A DNA stretch of 64,000 nt from Bordetella parapertussis (GCA_945897475.1 CAMDFL010000001.1:4842-68841), one strand, 5' to 3'. Positions 46,479-54,757 are shown, counted from the first letter of the stretch. The notes: a model not told the origin generated them from the letters alone. Translations and numbers: made by a program.

Positions 46479-48737
46479 ATGTACGTATTCATCTCACGTT
46501 TCGTGGCCCTGGTGCTACCTTTGCTCGCTGTGGGGCAACTTGCCGCGCAGCAGCCCGGTCTGCAAATTCCCGCACAAGCCCAGGGCGGCGCGGCGAAGGA
46601 CTTGTCCACTTCGATTAGCGCTCGCCGCATCGATGGCGTGGCAGACAAGGAAACCGTCGCCGAGGGCAACGCAATTCTTCGTCGCGGCGAGAAAACCATT
46701 GCCGCGGACTGGATTCGTTTCAACAGCGAGAACGACGAGGTGGAAGCCAGAGGCAATGTGCGCCTGGAACAAGGCGGCGTGGTCATCACCGGGCCGTCAC
46801 TGCGGATTCGCAGCACTGATTCCATCGGCAGAGTCGACAGTCCATCTTATTCAATCACCACGCAGGACAGGAGCGATGGAAAGCGAATTACCGCCAGAGG
46901 CGAGGCGAGTCGCATCGACCTGGATGGCGAGAATCTTTATCGTCTGCTCAATGCAAGTTTTACCACCTGCGTGCCGGGCGATGAGGCCTGGTATGTGCAG
47001 GTTGAAGAACTCGGATTGGATTACGGACGCGAAGTCGGCACGGCGCGTTGGGCCACGTTGCATTTTTTCGACGCGCCGATACTGAAGCTGCCCTACCTGG
47101 ATTTCTCGCTGAATAATCAGCGCAAATCGGGCTTCCTCTCGCCCAGCATGGGCATCAGCGGCAAAAACGGGCCGGAAATTTCCGTGCCCTATTATTTTAA
47201 TCTTGCGCCCAATCGCGATCTCACGGTCACGCCCCGCTACATGGCCAAGCGTGGATTGATGGCAGGCAGCGAATTTCGTTACCTGGAACCCAGTAGTCGC
47301 GGCAATGCGCGCCTCGAGTATCTGCCCGAGGACGAGGTGCGGGGCGGAAAGCGCTATGCGGTTTCCGCCGTGCATGGTTTCGACAACGGGCCTTACGCTG
47401 CCGGGATTAGTTTGAACAAGGTATCGGACAACGATTATTTCCGCGATTTGTCCACCCGGCTCAATTTCGTTTCGCAGTCGTATCTGCCTCGCGAAGGTTT
47501 TGCGCGGTACTCCGGGGCCTGGTTGGAGTCCGGATCGTGGACCGCCACCGCGCGCGCGCAATCGTTCCAGACACTGCAGTTACCCAATACGCCGCTACCC
47601 ATACAGTATTCGCGGCTCCCCCAGATTCTGCTGACGGCCACGCGCCCCGATATTCGCGGAACGGACGTGAACGTTAATGGCGAGGTGGTGGATTTTCATC
47701 ACCCGACGCGGGTAAGAGGAGTGCGCAGCACCATCAATCCGAGCCTATCTTTGCCGCTTCTGACTCCCGGCGCCTACCTCACGCCGAAAATAGGTTTTCA
47801 TTCCACAACTTATAGCCTTTCCAATACCGCGGCCGGGGTAGGCGCTTCTTCGATACAGCGCACATTGCCTGTGGTGTCGATTGACTCGGGGCTGACCTTT
47901 GAGCGCGATTCCGCTTATTTTGGCCAGAACTTTCAGCAGACCCTCGAGCCACGCGCCTTCTATCTCAACGTGCCCTACAAGGACCAGGCTCATATCCCCT
48001 TGTTTGATACCGCGGTGGCCGATTTCAACTATGCGCAAATTTTTTCCGAGAACGGTTTTACCGGTGGCGATCGAGTCAATGACGCCAATCAAGTCACGCT
48101 TGCCTTGACATCGCGATTGCTCGCGCCATCAACCGGGCAGGAGGCGGCTCGAGCAACGATCGCACAGCGTTACTATTTCAGCCGCCAGCAGGTCACGCTG
48201 AGCCCGGCGACATCACCAAGGGATTTCACCGCCTCGGATTGGCTTGCCTCGGTGGCGGGGCGGGTTGCCCCCCACTGGACTCTGGAGGGCGCGACTCAAT
48301 ATAGTCAGCGTGAATCCAGAATCGAGCGTCTCACGGTGGCCACGCGCTTTCAGCCCGAAGTTCACAAGACGCTGAATCTGAGCTATCGCTTTCTACGCGA
48401 TCAGTTCAATCAGGTTGATGTCTCAGCGCAATGGCCTGTGGCCGGCAAGGTCTACGGCGTGGGCCGCTACAATTATTCAGTGCGCGACCATCGCGTGGTC
48501 GAAGCCCTGGCAGGCTTCGAATATAATGCCGACTGCTGGATTGGCCGCTTTGTGTTCCAGCGCTTTGCCGCGGCTGCGGGCGTGGCGACGCATGCTGTTT
48601 TCCTGCAACTTGAGTTGAACGGATTTTCCCGCCTGGGGTCCAATCCACTTGAGGCGCTAAAGCGCAATATTCCAGGCTATACGCGCATCAACCAAACGCC
48701 GAATCCAGGACGATTTGCAGATTACGATGACTACTAA
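46479..48737 (+). CDS. lptD: LPS-assembly outer-membrane protein LptD
   Basis: Start chosen at ATG 46479 (MYVFISRFVALVLPLLAVGQLAAQ, a signal peptide). It has an OstA-like N-domain and a large beta-barrel, and it is followed by surA-pdxA-rsmA. Confidence 0.9.
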   Translation: MYVFISRFVALVLPLLAVGQLAAQQPGLQIPAQAQGGAAKDLSTSISARRIDGVADKETVAEGNAILRRGEKTIAADWIRFNSENDEVEARGNVRLEQGGVVITGPSLRIRSTDSIGRVDSPSYSITTQDRSDGKRITARGEASRIDLDGENLYRLLNASFTTCVPGDEAWYVQVEELGLDYGREVGTARWATLHFFDAPILKLPYLDFSLNNQRKSGFLSPSMGISGKNGPEISVPYYFNLAPNRDLTVTPRYMAKRGLMAGSEFRYLEPSSRGNARLEYLPEDEVRGGKRYAVSAVHGFDNGPYAAGISLNKVSDNDYFRDLSTRLNFVSQSYLPREGFARYSGAWLESGSWTATARAQSFQTLQLPNTPLPIQYSRLPQILLTATRPDIRGTDVNVNGEVVDFHHPTRVRGVRSTINPSLSLPLLTPGAYLTPKIGFHSTTYSLSNTAAGVGASSIQRTLPVVSIDSGLTFERDSAYFGQNFQQTLEPRAFYLNVPYKDQAHIPLFDTAVADFNYAQIFSENGFTGGDRVNDANQVTLALTSRLLAPSTGQEAARATIAQRYYFSRQQVTLSPATSPRDFTASDWLASVAGRVAPHWTLEGATQYSQRESRIERLTVATRFQPEVHKTLNLSYRFLRDQFNQVDVSAQWPVAGKVYGVGRYNYSVRDHRVVEALAGFEYNADCWIGRFVFQRFAAAAGVATHAVFLQLELNGFSRLGSNPLEALKRNIPGYTRINQTPNPGRFADYDDY

Positions 48738-50115
48738 AATCATTGCGCGCCGGCCGGCGCCGCACATCTTTAGCACGGGCGCTGGCGCCAAACCCTGGCC
48801 CGCGTGGTCTCGCGACCTGCTGGCTGTTGCCCTTGCTTTCCTATCGGTAAGCCTCGCCGCCACTGCGCAGGCACAAGCCCCCAGGGCGCGAATAACACTG
48901 ATCGACCGGATAGTCGCGATCGTCAATAACGAAGTGATTACGCAGCATGAACTGGCCCAGACGGTACAGCAATCCCTCGATGAGTTGCGCCGCCGCGGAA
49001 CCCCCATTCCACAGCGTGAGGACCTTGAAAAGCAGATGCTTGAACGCCTCATCATCGAGCGGGTGCAGCTGCAATTCGCCAAGGAATCCTCGACGCGGGT
49101 CGATGAACTGGATCTTGATCGCACCATTGGCAGGATCGCCGAGGGCAATAATTTGTCGCTTGCCGAATTCCGTGTTCGGCTGGAGAACGATGGTTTAACT
49201 TTCAACAAATTTCGAGACGATCTGCGCAAGGAAATACTGATAGAACGGGTTCGGGATCGCGAGGTGGATAGCAAGATCAATATCGCCGACAGTGAAATCG
49301 AAAACTATCTGGCGGAAAACAAGGAATTGGCCGAGTCCAAGGGCGAGATCCGGCTGGGACATATTCTTGTACGCGTGCCGGAGCAGGCGAGTCCGGACCA
49401 GTTGGAGCGATTGCGCGCGCGCGTGCAGGAAGTGGTCGACAAGATGAAGCAGAATAGCGATTTCGCGCAACTCGCCGCCACTTACTCGGATGCGCCCGAT
49501 GGTTTGCAGGGCGGCGACATGGGCTGGCGCGGCCAGGATCGTTTGCCGGAACTTTTTGCCGAGGCGGTGGCGAAACTGAAAGTCGGGGAATACAGCGCGG
49601 TACTGCGAAGCCCGGCGGGATTTCATGTCATCCGGGTGACGGAGCGCCGCGGCGGTGCGGCACCATTGCTGGTGGAGCAGAACCGAATTCGGCATATTCT
49701 TGTGCGTGTTAACGAACTAACGTCGGAGGACGAGGCCAAGCGCAAGCTCGCCTTGCTTCGCGACCGCATCATAAACGGCACCGATTTCGCGGAACTGGCG
49801 CGGCTGCAATCCGAGGATTCTTCGGCCGCCAAGGGTGGCGAACTGGGATGGATCGTTGCGGGGGACACACTTCCCGAATTCGAGCGGGCCTACCAGGCGC
49901 TGAAAACCATGGAGGTGAGCGAGGTCGTAAAAACCCAATTCGGCTTGCATCTGATACAGGTGCAGGAACGCCGCACTTCAGATGTCTCCAGCGACCGCAA
50001 GCGTCTGGAGGCGCGAAAGGTCTTGCGGGACCGCAAGAGCGACGAGGCCTACCAGGATTGGTTGCGCCAGATTCGCGACCGGGCCTATGTGGAGTATCGG
50101 ACAGAGGATAGATGA
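48727..50115 (+). CDS. surA: Periplasmic chaperone / peptidyl-prolyl isomerase SurA
   Basis: ATG 48727 overlaps the lptD end by 11 nt. 'IDRIVAIVNNEVIT' is followed by two parvulin domains ('GGDMGWRGQDRLPELF' and 'GGELGWIVAGDTLPEF'). Confidence 0.9.
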   Translation: MTTKIIARRPAPHIFSTGAGAKPWPAWSRDLLAVALAFLSVSLAATAQAQAPRARITLIDRIVAIVNNEVITQHELAQTVQQSLDELRRRGTPIPQREDLEKQMLERLIIERVQLQFAKESSTRVDELDLDRTIGRIAEGNNLSLAEFRVRLENDGLTFNKFRDDLRKEILIERVRDREVDSKINIADSEIENYLAENKELAESKGEIRLGHILVRVPEQASPDQLERLRARVQEVVDKMKQNSDFAQLAATYSDAPDGLQGGDMGWRGQDRLPELFAEAVAKLKVGEYSAVLRSPAGFHVIRVTERRGGAAPLLVEQNRIRHILVRVNELTSEDEAKRKLALLRDRIINGTDFAELARLQSEDSSAAKGGELGWIVAGDTLPEFERAYQALKTMEVSEVVKTQFGLHLIQVQERRTSDVSSDRKRLEARKVLRDRKSDEAYQDWLRQIRDRAYVEYRTEDR

Positions 50116-50147
50116 CGCCATTTGGTTTTTTGGCGTCGTAGGTGCAA

Positions 50148-51179
50148 ATGGCGACTGATAGTATTCCCGTTATCGCGGTGACCTCAGGGGAACCTGCCGG
50201 GATCGGCCCCGATGTTTGCCTGGATCTGGCCGGCGCGATCGAAGGCGTTCGCTTACTCGTTATTGGGAATCGCGGGCTTTTCGAACAACGAGCACGGGAT
50301 TTGGGAAAATCCGTCTCTCTGCGCGAATACCGCCCCGATCAAGGAATCCCGCAGGGTATCTCCTTGGCTGATGCCGCAGGTGACATTGAATTCCTCGATT
50401 TTCCCTTGGGCGGTGAATGTTCGATGGGACGCCTGAACGCCGCCAACAGTCCCTATGTCCTGAAAATGATTGATCGCGCCTACGACGGATGTGTTGCCGG
50501 CGAATTCGACGCCATGGTCACCGCACCCGTCAGCAAGGCCGCCATTAATGACGCGGGGATTGTTTTTACCGGCCATACGGAATACCTCGCGCAGCGCGCG
50601 GGTGACGCGCATGTCGTGATGATGCTGGTGGGTGGGGGATTGAGAGTGGCGCTTGCCACCACCCACTTGGCGCTAAAAGATGTGTCGCGCGCGCTTACCC
50701 AAGCGAGTCTGGATCGAACCCTGAGAGTTCTGGTTGCCGGATTGCGAGCTGATTTCGGCCTTGATGCGCCGCGGATTCTGGTATCCGGTTTAAATCCCCA
50801 TGCTGGCGAGGACGGATATCTTGGTCGCGAGGAGATCGAAGTCATACGACCGGTGCTCGATCGACTGAGGCAAGAGGGCATGGATCTCTCGGGCCCGCTG
50901 CCGGCGGACACGCTTTTCAATCCCGATCGTCTTCGCGATGCGGATTGTGTATTGGCGATGTATCACGATCAGGGTCTGCCAGTGCTCAAATTCGCCAGTT
51001 TTGGCGCCGGCGTCAATGTCACCTTGGGCCTGCCTATTATTCGAACTTCGGTCGATCATGGCACGGCTCTCGACATCGCCGGCACCGGCCGCGCTGAATC
51101 GGGAAGTCTTATCGAGGCGATTCAGTTGGCCGCTGCCATGGTTGATGCACGTGCGCGTCATGCGCTTGCCCAGGCGTGA
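50148..51179 (+). CDS. pdxA: 4-hydroxythreonine-4-phosphate dehydrogenase
   Basis: 'VTSGEPAGIGPD', 'FTGHTEYLA', 'GLNPHAGEDG' and 'AMYHDQGLPVLK'. ATG 50148 is preferred over GTG 50142. Confidence 0.9.
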   Translation: MATDSIPVIAVTSGEPAGIGPDVCLDLAGAIEGVRLLVIGNRGLFEQRARDLGKSVSLREYRPDQGIPQGISLADAAGDIEFLDFPLGGECSMGRLNAANSPYVLKMIDRAYDGCVAGEFDAMVTAPVSKAAINDAGIVFTGHTEYLAQRAGDAHVVMMLVGGGLRVALATTHLALKDVSRALTQASLDRTLRVLVAGLRADFGLDAPRILVSGLNPHAGEDGYLGREEIEVIRPVLDRLRQEGMDLSGPLPADTLFNPDRLRDADCVLAMYHDQGLPVLKFASFGAGVNVTLGLPIIRTSVDHGTALDIAGTGRAESGSLIEAIQLAAAMVDARARHALAQA

Positions 51180-51949
51180 CTAAGCGGCATATTCCCCGTA
51201 AGCGATTCGGCCAGCATTTTCTGGCGGACCGGGCGATCCTCGACCGGATTGTCGAAGCCATCCATCCCGTTGCAGAGGATATCTTCCTGGAGATCGGCCC
51301 GGGTGAAGGCGTATTGACCGCCAGGATTCTAGCCGCTGTCCAGCGGATGCACGCCGTTGAGATCGATCGCGATCTGGCGGCCGGTCTTAGAAAAACCTAT
51401 GGCGACGAACGCTTAGGCGTTATCGAAGGCGACGCATTGAAATTGGATTTCTCCGGTTTCCCCGAGGGTATGCGCGTCATCGGGAATCTTCCCTACAATA
51501 TCTCGACCCCCCTCATATTCCATTTGTGCGAATTCGCGAATCGCATCCGGGACATGCATTTCATGCTGCAAAAAGAAGTGGTGGAGCGCATGGCGGCGGC
51601 GTCATCGACAGCGGCTTACGGCAGACTGTCCGTGATGACGCAATATTGGTTCGATGTTGAACCGCTTTTCGTTGTTCCGGCGACTGCCTTCAAACCGCCG
51701 CCCAAAGTGCAGTCCATGATGGTGAGATTAAGGCCTAGCAGTGCCGGCATGCGCAACGAAACGGATGCGCGCTTGCTCAAGAAAGTCGTCACCGCCGCGT
51801 TCTCGCATCGACGCAAGACACTCAGAAATGCCCTCGCGGAATTATTTACCGAGGATCGCCTGCTTGAATTGGGCGTCGACCCTGGAAAACGCGCTGAGAA
51901 TCTGAGCCTCGCCGACTATGTTACGCTTTCACGCCATATGGACGCGTGA
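51176..51949 (+). CDS. rsmA: 16S rRNA (adenine1518/1519-N6)-dimethyltransferase
   Basis: 257 aa. The GTG start overlaps the pdxA stop. Motifs are 'RFGQHFL', 'LEIGPGEGVLT' and 'IGNLPYNISTP'. Confidence 0.92.
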   Translation: MTKRHIPRKRFGQHFLADRAILDRIVEAIHPVAEDIFLEIGPGEGVLTARILAAVQRMHAVEIDRDLAAGLRKTYGDERLGVIEGDALKLDFSGFPEGMRVIGNLPYNISTPLIFHLCEFANRIRDMHFMLQKEVVERMAAASSTAAYGRLSVMTQYWFDVEPLFVVPATAFKPPPKVQSMMVRLRPSSAGMRNETDARLLKKVVTAAFSHRRKTLRNALAELFTEDRLLELGVDPGKRAENLSLADYVTLSRHMDA

Positions 51950-52028
51950 TCCATTCACATATGCTTTTGCCACTGGCACAATTCGATATTCCCGTCATGA
52001 CGGCTGTATCATGAAATGCCGCCGTAAT

Positions 52029-52128
52029 AGGTATCACAGCGGTCTAATAAGTGTCAGAGCGGTCTAATAAGTGCCAGAGGGGTCTAATTAGTATCAGAAG
52101 GGTCTAATAAGTATCAGACGGGTCTAAT
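52029..52128 (+). repeat. 5 x 20-nt tandem array of the dispersed repeat family
   Basis: ggtatcacagcggtctaata, agtgtcagagcggtctaata, agtgccagaggggtctaatt, agtatcagaagggtctaata and agtatcagacgggtctaatc, between rsmA and the 52198 ORF. Confidence 0.95.
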
Positions 52129-52197
52129 CGGCGTTGAAGAACTTCGGGGACGTTCCCCCGACATTGAATCTGTAATCCGCAAATTTGGAGACTGATT

Positions 52198-52860
52198 ATG
52201 GGCCTGCTCGATGATTTGAAAAAACAGGCGGAACTGGCTAAATCCCAACAGATATCGGAGAAATCGCTGCAGGCGGAGTCCTTGAAGGTGGTTGAGACAA
52301 AGGCCAAACAGACCTTTCAATACCTGAACGACCTATTGAAGCAGCTTGCGGTACTCAAGCCGGTCAATCCGCTCAATTTTTCCATTCCCAGCGTCACTGA
52401 ACTGAAGAATTTATCCTATCTGGACTCGTTTATCGATAGCCGCAAGAAGAGCGTCAGCGATATTGAGGTGATCGACACCATCAGTTTCTATATCAAGTGG
52501 GGCAGTGCCGCCAAAATCAACATCGAAAAGGACATGCCCGCGCCGGCGCAGAAAATTCGTGACGGACTGACCCAGAATGGCGTGAAATTCGCCGAAGATG
52601 AAATGCGCAGCCCACGGGGGACCATCGCAGGGTGGAAGTTTACTGTCGATCAGGCAATCAATACCGATGTGAAAATAACAGCCGACCACGCGAATTTACG
52701 GCTCATGATTGCAGGCAGAAATCTTATTCGACTGGGAAGTGACGATTTCGTGGTTCCGATCCTGGAGATCACTGAAGAATGGCTCGAGGAATTCGCCAAA
52801 TCCCTGTTGGGGCATCCCAGCGGGCTACAGAAGTACAAGGTCCAAACGCCGTTTCGCTAA
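52198..52860 (+). CDS. Hypothetical protein (N-terminal amphipathic/coiled-coil region, no recognised domain)
   Basis: 220-aa ORF with GGAG 7 nt upstream of the ATG and ordinary coding-like composition. It lies between two repeat arrays. Confidence 0.6.
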   Translation: MGLLDDLKKQAELAKSQQISEKSLQAESLKVVETKAKQTFQYLNDLLKQLAVLKPVNPLNFSIPSVTELKNLSYLDSFIDSRKKSVSDIEVIDTISFYIKWGSAAKINIEKDMPAPAQKIRDGLTQNGVKFAEDEMRSPRGTIAGWKFTVDQAINTDVKITADHANLRLMIAGRNLIRLGSDDFVVPILEITEEWLEEFAKSLLGHPSGLQKYKVQTPFR

Positions 52861-53000
52861 GCCGGACCCTATCTGGCGCTTGTGATGGGCCGGACCCTAT
52901 CCGGCGCTTGTGATGGTCCGGACCCTGTCCGATGCTTGTCATGGCCCGGACCCTGTCCGGTGCTTGTAATAAACCGGACCTTCTGCGGTGCAGCTGATCA
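52861..53000. repeat. About 5 x 28-nt tandem array, each unit containing a short hairpin
   Basis: The units are gccggaccctatctggcgcttgtgatgg, gccggaccctatccggcgcttgtgatgg, tccggaccctgtccgatgcttgtcatgg, cccggaccctgtccggtgcttgtaataa and a degenerate fifth. GCCGGA...TCCGGC forms a 6-bp stem in unit 2. The array fills the convergent gap 52861-53010. Confidence 0.9.
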
Positions 53001-53010
53001 TGCCTCTTGT

Positions 53011-53880
53011 TCAAAGTTCAGGCAGTTGCCTTCCCAATAAATTGAGTTCGCGACGCGCATCGCGACAATTGGGATAGACGCGGTCGAGGATCGACCAGAA
53101 GCGCGCTGAATGGTTCATCTCCAGCAGGTGCGCGATTTCATGGGCCACCACATAGTCAATTAGATGTGCGGGCATGTGTATCAGGCGCCAGTTAAGGCAA
53201 ACCCTGCCAGAGGCGCTGCAACTTCCCCAGCGCGTGCGTGCATTGGACAGGCGTACCGAGGGTGTTGGCACGCCGAGTCTCGCCGAATATAAATTGACGC
53301 GCTCAGTGCCGGTCAGAAGCATCTTTTCGCGCAACCACGTTTGTACCAGGCTGCGCAACTGTTCGAGGCCGTCGTCGTTGAGGATCCGCGCGACCAGTCT
53401 ATTTTCTTCCATGAGAACCGCTCGCTCTCTGGGTTCCGAGGCGACGCGCCTGATGTCCAGCGAGGCCGGCTGGCCAAACAAGGAAATGCTGTCTCCGTTG
53501 TTCCATTGGAATGCTTCTTTTTTGGAACAGCGGTCTTTCAGGTGCTGCCAAATCCATTTCTCTTTCTCGCGAAGAAATTTTTCGACTTCGCCCACGCCGA
53601 CCCAGCGAGGCGCGCGTACCTCAACGCCGCGGTCGCCGACCAGGATGCCGAGGGTGCGGCGGCGCGCTCGAATCAAGCGATAGCCAAGAACACCACCTTC
53701 GAGGGCGAGCTGTCGTTCTCCGGCGCTCCTCTGCGGCGTGTCGGCGAGTTGCGTGTTGCTTAGCTTCGTGTCGCCGAGTTGCGTGTTGCTTAGCTGCGTT
53801 TCGATTCGCGGCGGGTTAAGGCCAAGTCCCAAAGACAACTGAAACATTTGCAACTGAAACATTTGTTTCAAAAACTTCAT
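53011..53880 (-). CDS. M48/DUF45 (YgjP-like) zinc metallopeptidase-family protein
   Basis: 289 aa with 'YRLIRARRRTLGILV' (DUF45 N-region) and 'VVAHEIAHLLEMNHSARFW' (HExxH...H). The ATG overlaps the plsC stop (ATGA). The N-terminal ~55 aa contain in-frame tandem duplications. Confidence 0.8.
   Translation of the reverse strand: MKFLKQMFQLQMFQLSLGLGLNPPRIETQLSNTQLGDTKLSNTQLADTPQRSAGERQLALEGGVLGYRLIRARRRTLGILVGDRGVEVRAPRWVGVGEVEKFLREKEKWIWQHLKDRCSKKEAFQWNNGDSISLFGQPASLDIRRVASEPRERAVLMEENRLVARILNDDGLEQLRSLVQTWLREKMLLTGTERVNLYSARLGVPTPSVRLSNARTRWGSCSASGRVCLNWRLIHMPAHLIDYVVAHEIAHLLEMNHSARFWSILDRVYPNCRDARRELNLLGRQLPEL
53738..53797 (-). repeat. 2 x 30-nt in-frame tandem duplication inside the M48 gene
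   Basis: gtgtcggcgagttgcgtgttgcttagcttc and gtgtcgccgagttgcgtgttgcttagctgc encode QLSNTQLGDT and KLSNTQLADT. Confidence 0.9.
53836..53865 (-). repeat. 2 x 15-nt in-frame tandem duplication 13 nt after the M48 start codon
   Basis: caactgaaacatttg occurs twice and encodes QMFQL QMFQL. Confidence 0.9.
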
Positions 53881-54617
53881 GGGCCGGGGCGCAAGGCAAG
53901 CATTTCATTTTCAATCCAGAATTTGACCTTCTCGTTCAATAACTCCGGGCTGATGTCAGTGCTGGCTATAGGCTTGCCAATGACCACGCGAATGGTTCCA
54001 GGCCGTTTGGTGAAGGCATTGCGCCCCCAAAACATGCCGGCGTTGTGCGCCACTGGAATCACCGGCGCGCCGGTGCGAACCGCGAGCCAGGCACCGCCTA
54101 CCCTGTAAGTACCGCAGTCGCCTGGAGCAACGCGGGTGCCCTCAGGGAAAACAACGATCCAAAAGCCCTGCGTCAGCCGAGCGGCGCCCTGCGCGGCCAT
54201 TTGCCGCAGCGCGCGCACGCCGCGGCCGCGATCGATGGCGATGGGACTCATCAATGCCAGACCCCAGCCGAAGAAAGGAATCCAGAGCAACTCCTTCTTC
54301 AGTACATGCACCTGGGGTGGAAAAATCAGCTGGAAGGCCAGCGTTTCCCAGGCCGACTGGTGTTTGGAGAGAATAATCGCAGGATTGTCAGTGAGGTTTT
54401 CAAGCCCTTCGACCTGATAGCGCAACCCGAGCAAGCATCGAGCTAACCAGATAACGCAATGCGACCATCCTGAAATAATGCGCCAGCGCCTATGACGGGG
54501 CAATACCACGGTCATCAGCGCGACCGCCGAATAGGGTGGTGTCAACAGCAGCAGGGCGAGCGCAAACAAAAACGATCGCAGCAGGTTAGGTAATGCACTG
54601 TCGTTGTAGGTGCGCAA
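53877..54617 (-). CDS. plsC: 1-acyl-sn-glycerol-3-phosphate acyltransferase
   Basis: 246 aa with 'ILSKHQSAWETL' (H-x4-E variant of the HX4D box) and 'VVFPEGTRV'. The TTG start is uncertain. Confidence 0.85.
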   Translation of the reverse strand: MRTYNDSALPNLLRSFLFALALLLLTPPYSAVALMTVVLPRHRRWRIISGWSHCVIWLARCLLGLRYQVEGLENLTDNPAIILSKHQSAWETLAFQLIFPPQVHVLKKELLWIPFFGWGLALMSPIAIDRGRGVRALRQMAAQGAARLTQGFWIVVFPEGTRVAPGDCGTYRVGGAWLAVRTGAPVIPVAHNAGMFWGRNAFTKRPGTIRVVIGKPIASTDISPELLNEKVKFWIENEMLALRPGP

Positions 54618-54644
54618 TCGAATCTATCTAAATGCAGTGTGTTG

Positions 54645-54719
54645 GGCCGATCTGATACTTATGACCGCTCTGATACTTACAGACCGCTCTGATACTTACA
54701 GACCGCTTTGCTACCTATT
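54645..54719 (-). repeat. About 4 x 18-19-nt tandem array of the dispersed repeat family (inverted relative to 52029-52128)
   Basis: The + strand reads ggccgatctgatacttat, gaccgctctgatacttaca, gaccgctctgatacttaca and gaccgctttgctacctatt, the reverse complement of TGTAAGTATCAGAGCGGTC. It lies between the gmhB stop and the plsC start. Confidence 0.9.
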
Positions 54720-54757
54720 GTGCGATGACCGGCGCCAGAATCGTGCATCGGTGTGAT

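Noticed and set aside
50114-50137. Hairpin GACGCCA-tttggttttt-TGGCGTC at the surA stop as a terminator
   Set aside because: No U-tract follows the stem, and pdxA starts 11 nt later in what is normally a surA-pdxA-rsmA operon. It is probably just an intercistronic stem-loop.
52769-53014. 81-aa minus-strand ORF
   Set aside because: Its sequence (…GQGPDHHKRRIGSGPSQAPDRVR…) is the 28-nt tandem repeat read in frame, so it is an artefact of the repeat.
52029-54719. Composite transposon or MITE-bounded mobile element
   Set aside because: I see no transposase, integrase or target-site duplication. plsC and the M48 gene are translationally coupled and follow glyQ-glyS-gmhB in a housekeeping order. 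The arrays are multi-copy tandem repeats rather than terminal inverted repeats.
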